Origin: Octopus vulgaris
Lineage: Eukaryota
Direction of reading: 5' to 3'
Assembly: GCA_951406725.2 (NCBI GenBank)
Contig: OX597821.1
Coordinates: 90,830,001-90,894,000 of the forward strand
DNA: 64,000 nt
Positions 52,716 through 64,000 of this stretch are shown piece by piece; the first letter of the stretch is position 1; every line of letters begins with the position of its first letter. The position numbers and the translations under genes were made by a program. The notes below the pieces were generated by a model. It ran no database searches. It was not told the origin of the DNA and worked only from the letters and a program-made list of their open reading frames with translations.

Positions 52716-52800
52716 TTATGTTTGTGGATACAAATATACGGGCATAAAAATATACATTAAATATAAACACATATATGTATATATTGTGTAAACACAAGAA
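50536..52800. repeat. Extended (TA)/(TG)/(CA) low-complexity tracts
   Basis: Direct runs with short unique interruptions. Confidence 0.92.
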
Positions 52801-53358
52801 CTTCTAAACGCTATTTATTTTTGACATCAAAGATGACCGAAACAATGAAAAATTTTGCAATATGATGGCATCAGAATTAGCGACACACGCACTCACAGAA
52901 ACACTCAAACGCACATGTTCAACACACAAATATGCATGCATGCACACACACACACACACACGCACGCAGCTACAAACACACACTCACACACACACACACA
53001 TATGTAGACACACATATACTGAAATGCACATACTTATAGTCTTTTCTTCTCTTTATCTTTCTGTCTTTTTCCCCCACCTCTAGATTTTTTTCTTACTTTC
53101 ACTATCTATCATTCTCTGAGATGGATACACACATATGCTCACAGTTTGTCTGTTGGTCTATTTCTCTCTGTCTGTCTGTCTGTCTCTCTTAGCAATACAC
53201 ACCTCTATGTATAAATATTAAGAAAGTGCTTACATTCTTGTGTGACTCTTCAGGAGAGTCGATTTTTGCCTATGTGTAAGAGCAGAATTAATTGTTCACT
53301 AGCTCACTAGAAAAAATATTGGATTTTAAAAGCAAACATATGCTGAAATGGTCAGATG

Positions 53359-53748
53359 GGCGCAGGAGTGGCTGTGTGGTAAGTAGCTTGCTTACGAACC
53401 ACATGGTTCTGGGTTCAGTCCCACTGCGTGGCACCTTGAGCAAGTGTCCTCTACTATAGCCTCGGGCCGACCAAAGCCTTTTGAGTGGATTTGGTAGACA
53501 GAAAAAGAAGCCCGTCGTATTTATGCATATATATATGTATGTGTGTCTGTGTTTGTGCCCCCAACATCGCTTGACAACCGATGCTGGTGTGTTTACATCC
53601 CCGTAACTTAGCAGTTCGGCGAAAGGGACCGATAGAATAAGTACTAGGCTTACAAAGAATAAGTCCTGGGGTCGATTTGCTTGACAAAAAGGCGGTGCTC
53701 CAGCATGGCCACAGTCAAATGACTGAAACAAGCAAAAGAGTAAAGAGT
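53359..53748 (+). mobile_element. SINE family A
   Basis: Full match. Confidence 0.92.
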
Positions 53749-54090
53749 ATATCCACTGGTCTGATGTCAAATTTATTGTCTAATCAACTGTTGCCAAAGT
53801 ATCAGGTTCAATCTGTGTCTGTGACACCTTGAGTAAGCTTTTGCTATTATGGAATTTGGTTGGTTATCCAAAGCCTTGTTAGTTAACATTGTTAGATTAA
53901 AACTAAGAATTAATTCCTGATCTTAGGTGTTAGACTTAACCTATTTCTTAGCTTAGCACTGCACCCTGACACCTGGCTGCTTGTAATGCTTGCTAATCTG
54001 TTGAATTTTTTCAGGTCTCCAATCTGAAAATTAGGTTTTCCTTTCATTTCAAGAGTTTTGCAAACTCTGAATAAATGTCATGTACGTTAC

Positions 54091-54154
54091 CCTTCCTTTT
54101 ATGACTTCCTCTTAAAACTTTCAGTTGTGAGTGTGATTTGGTTGCCGGTGCCAT
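54091..54154 (-). CDS. Candidate first coding exon (MAPATKSHSQLKVLRGSHKRK, phase 1)
   Basis: ATGG start, 21 open codons, donor AAGG|GTAACG, TATA box ~70 bp upstream. No homology recognised. Confidence 0.3.
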
Positions 54155-54189
54155 GTGTTTTGCTGAATTGTGTTTTAGGTGCTCAAAGA

Positions 54190-54250
54190 GCTATGAATAA
54201 ATGCAGACAGCCTCTCTGCTTATATACACTTGATCCAGTGGGAAATCATG
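54190..54250 (-). promoter_or_regulatory. Candidate TATA-Inr core promoter
   Basis: TATATAAG at 54226-54219, pyrimidine-A initiator-like TTATTCA ~29-33 nt downstream, upstream CT-rich tract. Confidence 0.3.
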
Positions 54251-54264
54251 TATATGAGAGAGCT

Positions 54265-54440
54265 GCAGGGAGAGAGAGGGGGGAAGATGTGAGAGGAGGG
54301 AGAAAATTGGAGTGGAGGGGAGGTGGGGGAAAGAGAGGGGAAGATGCGAGTGGAGTGGGAGGAGGGGGAAAGAGAGGGGAAGATGCGAGTGGAGTGGGGA
54401 GGAGGGGGAGAGAGAGAAAGCAAGAGAGAGAAAGAGTGTG

Positions 54441-54472
<32 letters not shown>

Positions 54473-54504
54473 TGGGATAGAGACAGAGAGAAACAAAGAG
54501 AAAG

Positions 54505-54586
<82 letters not shown>

Positions 54587-54595
54587 ATAGATAGG

Positions 54596-54627
<32 letters not shown>

Positions 54628-54635
54628 GAGAAAGA
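54265..54635. repeat. Purine-rich tract with a 36-bp tandem duplication, (GACA)n and (GATA)n
   Basis: GGGGGAAAGAGAGGGGAAGATGCGAGTGGAGTGGG twice; tetranucleotide runs. Confidence 0.9.
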
Positions 54636-55399
54636 GAATCATTTTTCTGCTAAGTGTACCAGAGCAATGAGAAATGAAGTGGCTTGCTCAAGGACAAAAT
54701 GTTCTGCCAAATCCAGGAAGTAAACCCACAATCTTACAATCATAAGATCAACCCTACGCCCACCAAAACAAGAGAATGCATAACAGGGAAAGATCTTTAA
54801 ACTTAAGACTGTCTCTGTTTAGCTTTTGCTCTTGTTTAACCCTAGGTTGCAATATAAAAGCAAATAAATAAATGATCATCAATCTGATGCGTGTAATGTA
54901 TTGTCCCTTGAAAATTGTGTTTATATATCTATTATCTACAGACTGTTTATCAATTCATTATTCACCAGCCACTGACATTACCAATCTGTCAACATCTTCA
55001 TTATATGCTGATGACAATATTAACATTCTAATATTGCTGTGCTTTATCTAGTTAACATCTTATCTAATTAATAAGCTGTCTTTATTTAGCTTGCTTTCAA
55101 TTACAATGACATACGATATAAGAGATTCAAGTTGTGTATTATATAAATTGTGTGTGCATAAATTCAGTGTGTGTCTTAAGCAACGCAAAATATAAATGCA
55201 GCTAATCTATTTCACAAATACTAATGATGCTGAAGTAACGAACATCAAAAATTTATCTCACTCAACTCAATGCCTTCAGGCTCTGATAATTTTAACAAGT
55301 GTTTCTATAATCTAACACCTGCTATATTTTTACATGCTTCCATGAGTGAGACAGTTATTTATTTGTTAGAAGAATTAATTTTAATATGTGTTAAGTGTA

Positions 55400-56125
55400 A
55401 GCATGGCTGTGTAGTTCAGAAGTATACTTTCCAGACATGGTCTTAGGTTCAGTCCCGCTCTGTGGCATCTTGAGCAAGTGTGTTCTCTTATTACCCCATG
55501 TCCATGTAAGGTGGTGAGTTGGTACAATTGTTAATATGTCAGGTAAAATTCTCAGTAGCATTTCATCTACCTTTGCATACCAAGTTTAAATTCCACTAAA
55601 GTCGACTTTTGCCTTTTATCCTTTTGGGTGTCAATGAAAAGTGTACCAGTTTCACACTGGGTTTTATATAATTGACTAGCTTTCTGCCCCAAAATGTGAA
55701 GCCTTGTGAAAAGATTACTATTCCAGGGTTCAAATAACACCTTGTGAGTGAAACTAAAAAGAAAAGAAACTGCATAGAAAGCCTGTCATATTTACATACA
55801 AACTAACATATATGCACAGGTATACAAGCACACAGACACACATGCATCGTAAGGTCATGAGTTCAATTCCCGGTGAAGCGTTGTGTCCTTGAGCAAGAAA
55901 CTTTATTTCACACTGTTCCAGTCCACTCAGCTGGCAAAAATGCGTTGTACCTGTATTTCAAGGGGCCAGCCTTGTCACATTGTGTCACACTGAATCTACC
56001 TGACAACTACATTAAAGGCACATCTGTCTATGGAATACTCAGTCACTTGCATGTTAATTTCATGAGCAGGCTGTCCTATTGATCGGATGAACTTGAACCC
56101 TCATTGTTGTAACCAACAGAGTGCC
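55400..56125 (+). mobile_element. Cluster of old nested SINE A, B and C fragments
   Basis: Diverged matches to all three families. Confidence 0.65.
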
Positions 56126-56268
56126 AATTACATTTGGCAGAGTAATTTGATTGCTAAAGGGTTAAACCCATTGCCCTTGATTTCTCTTCCCCGCCTCTCT
56201 CTCTCTCTCTCTCTACTCCCACTCTCTCAAGTTGCATTCCTGATATATTTTGAAAATAATTACATTTA

Positions 56269-56683
56269 GGCACAGGAGTGGCTGTGTGGTAAGTAGCTTG
56301 TTTACCAACCACATGGTTCCGGGTTCAGTCCCACTGCGTAGCACCTTGGGCAAGTGTCTTCTACTATAGTCTCGGGCCGACAAAAGCCTTGTGAGTGGAT
56401 TTGGTAGACGGAAACGGAAAAGAAGCCCATCGTATATATGTATATATATATATATATATGCGTGTGTGTGTTTGTGTGTCTGTGTTTGTCCCCCTAGCAT
56501 TGCTTGACAACCGATGCTGGTGTGTTTATGTCCCCGTTACTTAGCGGTTCGGCAAAAGAGACCGATAGAATAAGTACTGGGCTTACAAAAGAATAAGTCC
56601 CGGGGTCGAGTAGCTCGATTAAAGGCGGTGCTCCAGCATGGCCGCAGTCAACTGACTGAAACAAGTAAAAGAGTAAAAGAGTA
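56269..56683 (+). mobile_element. SINE family A
   Basis: Full match. Confidence 0.93.
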
Positions 56684-56754
56684 ACTATCCAGATTATACA
56701 TGTGTATAAATGAGCATTGACGATAAGTCATCCAGTGATGTTTTAACTAAATAA

Positions 56755-57372
56755 TCCTATCTACTATAGGTACAAATCCTGGATTTCGTGGGGACAGGGA
56801 TAGTCGATCACCTCCACCTCAGTACTCAATGGGTACTTAATTTATCAACCTCGAAATGATGAAAGGTGAAGTTGACCTCGGCAGAATTTGAAATCAGAAT
56901 GTTGTGGCAGACAAAATACAGCAAAGTTTTTCTCCTGGCATACTCTTTTACTCTTTTACTTGTTTCAGTCATTTGACTGCGGCCATGCTGGAGCACCGCC
57001 TTTTAGTTGAGCAAATCGACCCCGGAACTTATTCTTTGTAAGCCCAGTACTTATTCTATCGATCTCTTTTGCCGAACCGCTAAGTGACAGGGACGTAAAC
57101 ACACCAGCATCGGTTGTCAGGCAATGCTAGGGGGACAAACACAGACACACAAACGCACACACACATACATATATATATATATACATATATACGACAGGTT
57201 TCTTTCAGTTTCCATCTACCAAATCCACTCACAAGGCTTTGGTCGGCCCGGGGCTATAGCAGAAGACACTTGCCCAAGATGCCACGCAGTGGGACTGAAC
57301 CCGGAACCATGTGGTCGGTTAGCAAACTACTTACCACACAGCCACTCCTAACAATTCTGCTAGTTCACAGCT
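56755..57372 (-). mobile_element. Old SINE family B interrupted by SINE A
   Basis: B body at 56755-56941; remaining head at 57350-57372. Confidence 0.7.
56942..57349 (-). mobile_element. SINE family A
   Basis: Full reverse-complement match. Confidence 0.93.
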
Positions 57373-57848
57373 TAAATGTTTTAACTTAATAATGATACCT
57401 CATGGTTTTGTTTCTGTAAGCATGTCCATATATTGCATAAATTCATTTCCTCTTTTACTAATTCTCTGGCTGATGAAACTGGCAATCAGTTCACTTTGCT
57501 TTTAATTGATTTCCCAAAATGCATATAATCATAAAGGATTATATGAATTTTGTCTTCCTTAATGGAATTAACATGTCTATGAACTGTTATAAATTTATCT
57601 TCCATCAAATGTTTATTTCTGAAGTCAATTGTGTTTTGAATAATGATGTCTGATGAACTGAGTGAAGAAATTTTTTATTATTACTTTAATTTATTGCATG
57701 TGTTACACAGATTGTATAAACTAAATATTTATATATGTGGTATGAAATAAAACAATAAAATATTTGCTTACTGAAATGATTATAACATTAATTTGAATAT
57801 ATCTTTTTTTTTTTTTTGTTGAAATAATCATTACTATTATTATCATTT

Positions 57849-58065
57849 AAGGCGGCAAGCTGGCAGAATCGTTAGCATGCTGGACGAAATACTTAGCGGT
57901 ATTTTGTCCATCACTGAGATCTGAGTTCAAATTCTGCAGAGGTCAACTTTGCCTTTCATCCTTTTGAGTTTGATAAAATAAGCATCAGTGAAACACAAGG
58001 ATCGATGTCAGTCAACTAGTACCCTCCCCTAAATTTCAGGCTTTGTGCCTATAGTAGAAAAGATT
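57849..58065 (+). mobile_element. SINE family B, older, second-type tail
   Basis: AAGGCGGCAAGCTGGCAGAATCGTTAG ... GTGCCTATAGTAGAAAAG. Confidence 0.82.
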
Positions 58066-58090
58066 ATTATTATTGTTATTATTATTATTA

Positions 58091-58490
58091 TTGAGTGAGA
58101 GAGCAGTGCATGCCATCAAAGTGACACTGGGGTAAAATATATGAAGCCCAGTATACCCATCATGACTACCCATCTGGTAAGGGTACACCAGGCACATGCA
58201 TCACAACCATGTGTGTGTGACATGGTGATCTCATATCAAGATAAACAGCGCATGACCTTGCCGTAATGGCCCAGTTGGAATGTTCCTCTGGTTGAGTAGC
58301 CCATCTCGCTCAAAAGGTCCCTGAATAAGAATTGTTTAAGGATGTTGAATGAACCACCATGTTTCCAAAGGTGAATTATCCAAACTTCCAAGAATTCCTT
58401 TCAGAACATGGCTATGATGCTCCCCAACTTCTTCTGATCATGGTCAACTGGTTAAGGTCAAACAACTGAAAAGCAAACCTGCGGTATTTC
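58091..58490. mobile_element. Unclassified interspersed repeat next to (ATT)n
   Basis: GC-richer block starting abruptly after (ATT)n; single copy here, classed by resemblance only. Confidence 0.4.
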
Positions 58491-58514
58491 TTACTTGTTT
58501 GCAAAAACATATAT

Positions 58515-58682
58515 GGCGCAGGAGTGGCTGTGTGGTAAGTAGCTTGCTTACCAACCACATGGTTCCGGGTTCAAACCCACTGTGTGGCACCTTGGGCAAG
58601 TGTCTTCTGCTATAGCCTCGGACCGACTAAAGCCTTGTGAGTGGATTTGGTAGACGGAAACTGAAAGTGCCCGTCGTATATA

Positions 58683-58751
<69 letters not shown>

Positions 58752-58975
58752 CGTGTGTGTTTGTGTGTCTGTGTTTGTCCCCCTAGCATTGCTTGACAAC
58801 CGATGCTGGTGTGTTTATGTCCCTGTCACTTAGCGGTTTGGCAAAAGAGACTGATGGAATAAGTACTGGGCTCACAAAGAATAAGTTCCGGGGTCGAGTT
58901 GCTCAACTAAAGGCGGTGCTCCAGCATGGCCACAGTCAAATGACTGAAACAAGTAAAGGAGTAAAAGAGAAAGAG
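58515..58975 (+). mobile_element. SINE family A
   Basis: Full match with expanded internal (TA)n. Confidence 0.92.
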
Positions 58976-59153
58976 TATGATTGCTAATGCAGATGCAATT
59001 AACCATTTTTCTCTGGTTAGAAATTTTTATATGTCTGAACCTGTGTAGAGATGTTTGTGTATGTAGTGTATATCTGTCAGTCCTCTTTGTACTTCTGCTT
59101 TCTCATCGTCTCCTTCTCTGTCTTTTCTCTTTGTCTCTCTCTCTCTGACACAT

Positions 59154-59405
59154 GTGGAGGCTCGTGGCTTAGTGGTTAAGGTGTTGGATTCATGTTCGTA
59201 AGATTGTGATTTCGATTTCTGGACCTGTCGATTAGTTGTGTTCTTCAACAAGACACTTCATTCCACATTGCTCCACTCCACTCAGCTGGCAAAGAAGAGC
59301 AATCCTGTGAATGGCTGGCGTCCCATCCAGGTGGGGAATATATATGCATCATGGAAACTGGGAAACTGGCCCTTTGAGTGTATTGTGATTCAGGAAGGAA
59401 CTTTA
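59154..59405 (+). mobile_element. SINE family C
   Basis: GTGGAGGCTCGTGGCTTAGTGGTTAAGG ... GGCGTCCCATCCAGG. Confidence 0.82.
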
Positions 59406-59459
59406 CCTACTCTCTGGCACATACTCTGAGTATAGATACATACAAACATACAAACATAC

Positions 59460-59523
<64 letters not shown>

Positions 59524-59869
59524 ACACAAATGTAATGATGTTGATGCTGTTAATGCTCCATTGAAACTGTTGCAGTTCAACACAGGAGAGATACGGGCAG
59601 GACGGGGGGAGATTTCAAAGAGCAGATATTCTGGAGAAAATGAACTGGGAGAAAAAGAAAAGTTGGCGTGTGGAGAAAATGTGGGCTTTCCACTACGAAG
59701 GTGATAAAAGATGAAGTTAAGAGTGGATTGGTGGGATCTGTGTAGGTACAGGACCAACCAGCACCGAGGGGTAAACACCACTATTGTAGTCATACAAAAG
59801 ACGAGAGTCTAGAGTGAATTCATTAGGGATTGGATGCTAATCATCTGTGTCAGTATGTCAGTGTACACA

Positions 59870-60900
59870 TGTTAAATTTCAAGAACTTCTCTCTCCAAAT
59901 CCTTCACTGCAAGTTCCAATCTGTGATTAAGACAGTACCAAAGTATCACATCAAGGTAATGTTTCTTAAAAATTCTTGCAACAACCGATTTGATATCATC
60001 GATTATACACGTCTCATCACTAACAAATGAACAGGAGTTTTATTTCAAGTAAGTGTTCTCAAATCCATCGTTGATGATGCAGTTCAATAGATGCTTAGTA
60101 ATACTTGCAGCTCTCTCATCAGGCTGTTCAATTAGGTCTTTATCATGACATGGGGTTCCCTTTCCTTATTATATTCTCATTTCCAATGAACTACAATGGT
60201 CAGACTGATGGATTCTCAGAGGGAACGGAAATTTTGCCATTTTTCTGCTTGATGTGATGACAAATTGTTATTTTCATCCTTAATGGTTGTGGGATTAATT
60301 ATCTCCATAGCATTAGTGCATAAATATAGTCCAATTCCAATGTTAATACTGTGATTCTTTTGAAGTTCCTGTATGCTAAAGTGGTCAATGTATGATCTGC
60401 CATTCTGGACTAAATAATATTCAGAACAAAGGATTTAGTAACCTGCATTTAGATGCAAACCATGAATTCCTGGTATCACATTTTTCCAAGAACGTTCCCA
60501 CAAGTTCCATTTCCAGCATTTAGTACAGTAGCGTAGGCTAGATAGTTAGTGATCAGCAAAGTTTCCCCGAGAGACTGCCAGAATTTACTTTGATGACTCT
60601 GTAACAAGATACTTGATATCTATCAATTATCTGAGAGCATCAAACTCTTAGAAGTGAAAAGTTTCAGGTACATTAAGTTTTCACAAACTCCATAGTTGGA
60701 ATTTAACGTTTTCTTCCACATTTCTTTATGACAAACACCAGAAAGGTATAAATGCTTGACTTCAGAGCACCATTATTTTCATATCTGCTTTTGGATCTGG
60801 TTAGAACAGTTGAGCTAAATTCAGGAAAAACACAATAGTTTGTTCCTTTTCCTACTATCTGGCTCTTTTGCTGCACACTATTCATGTTCATGCAAGAAAC
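59870..60900 (-). mobile_element. Decayed hAT transposase (KIAA1586/ZNF862-like lineage)
   Basis: YYLVQNGRSYIDH..IQELQK / MKITICHHIKQKNGKISV / DLIE..ITKHLLNCIINDGFENTYLK*N..FVSD...VILWYCLNHRLELAVKD (CxxH motif); stops and frameshifts. Confidence 0.8.
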
Positions 60901-60960
60901 AAATGTTTGCTTATAAGCCATTGGGTAATCTATGAAACACATTACATTTGTTTCTGTCAA

Positions 60961-61062
60961 TTTGTCTGTCTGCCTGTCTCTCTGTCTGTCTATCTATCTA
61001 TATATCTATCTGTCTGTCTCTGTCTGTCTGTCTATCTATCTATCTGTCTGCCTGTCTCTCTG

Positions 61063-61122
<60 letters not shown>

Positions 61123-61186
61123 CCTACCTACCTGTCTGTTTGTCTGTCTGTCTGTCTATCTATCTATATATCTATCTGTCTGCCTG

Positions 61187-61245
<59 letters not shown>

Positions 61246-61270
61246 GTCTGTCTGTCTGTCTATCTGTCTG

Positions 61271-61345
<75 letters not shown>

Positions 61346-61390
61346 GTCTATCTATTTATCTATCGGCTAGCTAGCTAGCTAGCTATTTAT
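60961..61390. repeat. (TCTA)n/(TCTG)n microsatellite
   Basis: Direct runs. Confidence 0.96.
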
Positions 61391-61559
61391 CTATTTTCTA
61401 TCTTTTTATCTATCAATTTCTCTGTATGTCTGTCTGTCCGTCAAGCTAGCTGCGAGTATACACATACACACACAAATAAGCATCTGTATACACACACAGA
61501 TATAAGCATAAGTCAATTAAACATTTGAAAGCCATTGTGTATCATAACTGCAATCGAAT

Positions 61560-61845
61560 GACTGGACCCATGTTTGCAAAACATTTTAGGTGCCCATTTA
61601 ATGATGGGCAGACAGCAGCAACCTATCAACATCACCATTCTTAACATAGCAGAACATGTAGGACATGACAGCTGGAAGAAAGAAAACGAGCTGTGCTGGT
61701 GCTTGGTTAGTGCCTGTTTCAGCCAGATATATTGGGCCAATGTGAAATGAAGTGCTTTGCTCAACGACAGAGCTTGATACTTTTGGTTCTGGAATCAACC
61801 GTGATTACAGAATCATGAGTCAAGTACCCTAACCATTAGGATAGA
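61560..61845 (-). mobile_element. Old SINE family C-related copy
   Basis: TGTGAAATGAAGTGCTTTGCTCAA...CCCTAACCATTAGG is the reverse complement of head and core. Confidence 0.55.
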
Positions 61846-62139
61846 TGTCATGCACACACATACATACATACCGTTATGGAGATAATAATCATAAAGGAAC
61901 ACCCCCACGTGACAAGTGGTATGTGCTAGTCGTTACAAATACTGTAAAATAGGAAGTTGAGTCATCGAGAAATCAGTGAAGGTGGTCATAGGTAGTCATG
62001 TCTTTACTTGTCTAACTATACAGCTATACCAAAGTGGACGTTATAACAGTCTGACTTTGACTTACAACACATACATACATGCATACATACATACATAAAT
62101 ACATACATATATACATACATACATATAGTTGGAATTTAA

Positions 62140-62290
62140 AAAAAGAACAAAAGATGAAGACAGTTTTATAAACAACAAACAGGTGTATTAGTTTAATGCT
62201 CAGGAGGTGAGAAAGTCTTTTATGGTTTGAGCCTACACTCTTCAACAGAAAGGAACTCGAGAAAATAAGCAGAGAGAATAATAAAAGCTT
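62140..62290 (-). mobile_element. Probable Penelope-like terminal fragment with decayed hammerhead-like motif
   Basis: Minus strand TTCTG-TTGAAGA-GTGTAGGCTC-AAACCATAAAAGAC. Confidence 0.4.
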
Positions 62291-62344
62291 TAGTATATAC
62301 ATATATATATATATATACATACATGTGTGTGTGTGCATGTATGT

Positions 62345-62545
62345 ATCATCATCGTCATCATCATCATCATCATCATCAACAACAGCATTTTACTGCTTTC
62401 CATGCTGTCAAGGGTTGGATGGCTTGACAGGAACTGGCTTGATTTCAATGACTGGATGCCCTCCTTAATGCCAGCCATTGTACAAAGTGTACTGGGTGAT
62501 TTTTACATGCCCCCATCGCCTGTGCTTTTTACATGGCATCAATAC
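62345..62545 (-). mobile_element. Old RTE 3'UTR fragment
   Basis: (ATC)n ... CTGGATGCCCTCCTTAATGCCAGCCA. Confidence 0.7.
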
Positions 62546-62573
62546 TCACACCAATGCTGTTTATGTGGAACCT

Positions 62574-62622
<49 letters not shown>

Positions 62623-63262
62623 ACACACACACATATAACAAGAATTAACTGTACTGTGAAAGAGGTTACGAAATATGACAGCAGTGTATTGCACTCTGAA
62701 AGTGAATAGTATCTTTGGAAAAGTCACAAAAATAGTGATCATGGTACTGACTCTGATACATGCACTTTTATATCTACTAATGCTGCTTCCCTATTTTTTA
62801 TTACTCTCTATAACTCATTTCCTCATTACCATTGCTCTTTATTACCTTTATTACCTTTGCATTTGACTCTCGTTGTTCACCTGGCCCAACTTATGAATCA
62901 CTTGTACCCAGTGCAATCTACTCTACATTTCTCCTTCCTCTCCTGTATTACCTGTCCTTACCTTCTAATTCTGCCATCATACTCTTGAACGACTCTTTGA
63001 ACCACTCTAGCTTCACCTGTCTTTACCTTCCCACCCTGTACTGTCCTATCACCACTCTGTCTCACTCTGTCTGCTACTGCACTGCTGGTCCTTCTCTCCT
63101 ACATGTTCTAGGTCTTCATCATTGCTCTGTTTCCTGGCTCAGTGGTGAATAGTTTTAACCAGATAGTCTTAGATATATGTACATACCTCAAAATACTGAA
63201 TATCTCTACCCATCCTTTTGTCTATTTACAATTGATGACATTGGCCCATTTGTGCCCACTAA

Positions 63263-63493
63263 GGCAGCGAGCTGGCAGAAACATTAGCACGCCGGGCGAA
63301 ATGCGTAGCCGTATTTCGTCTGTCGTTACATTCTGAGTTCAAATTGTGCCGAGGTCGACTTTGCTTTTCATCCTTTCGGGGTCGATAAATAAAGTACCAG
63401 TTTCCCACTGGAGTCGATGTAATCGACTTAATCCCTTTGTCTGTCCTTGTTTGACCCCTCTATGTTTAGCCCCTTGTGGGCAGTAAAGAAATA
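63263..63493 (+). mobile_element. SINE family B with 16-bp TSD
   Basis: TSD CATTTGTGCCCACTAA at 63247 and 63494. Confidence 0.94.
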
Positions 63494-64000
63494 CATTTGT
63501 GCCCACTAACCTCACACTACCTTCCTGTTTTTCATTTCATCCTGCCGTCTTAGTTTGTCTGTCACCATATACTAGCTCTTTCCCTCCCTTCATTATACAC
63601 CTCTAACATTATTTTTACCTCCTGGGTCACCTTTCCTTCAATAATTGTCTTATTTTCTGTGCTATGTCCTGGTGATATGTACCATTCTTAAGAATACTGA
63701 GTACCCTTAATACTCATGCCCCTATCATACATCTCTATTTCCTACCATCAATACCATTACTTCCTCTATCACTCATGTATCTTACTCTGTAAAGAAATTG
63801 GTGAGTGAATAGACACATGGCATTGTAATATCCCTTCAGATATGTCATGGACAAGACTACAGTCCCAGTGTTTGAACCACAAAACTCACACCTAATTCTT
63901 TCCTGTAAAGAGAGGAAGTGAGAAATAGAGAGCTGGGAGGATAATAAAAAGTGGGGAGACAGTATTAGTGGATTTAACAGTACATAGATCCAGGGGCGGA

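Noticed and set aside
54214-54226. TATATAAGCAGAG identical to the CMV promoter TATA region (vector contamination)
   Set aside because: The match is only ~13 bp and the flanks are unrelated to CMV.

Overview
This is AT-rich, repeat-saturated animal genomic DNA, either intronic or intergenic. The repeat families resemble those I recognise from octopus (coleoid cephalopod) genomes; that assignment is an inference and no search was run. No intact protein-coding gene, rRNA, true tRNA or CRISPR array is supported, and almost all listed ORFs are microsatellite or SINE artefacts. The window contains: (i) about 35 copies of three tRNA-headed SINE families, several with clear target-site duplications (TSDs); (ii) 3' fragments of LINEs (RTE clade, one with three C2H2 fingers and one with a tandem-hairpin 3'UTR; R4/Dong-like ends stacked in (TAA)n; an I-group CCHC end; a CR1/L2-like tail); (iii) non-autonomous Helitrons, piggyBac-type TTAA MITEs and two decayed hAT transposases; (iv) several foldback elements in (TA)n tracts with Penelope-like architecture and hammerhead-ribozyme-like motifs; (v) dense microsatellites. 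The most notable unexplained structures are an inverted 206-bp templated insertion flanked by a 24-bp duplication (41.8 kb), a dispersed same-orientation ~42-55 bp motif repeated at least 9 times (45.9-51.4 kb), and a candidate minus-strand TATA promoter with a first coding exon near 54.1 kb. All alignments, translations and coordinates were read by eye and may be off by a few bases.
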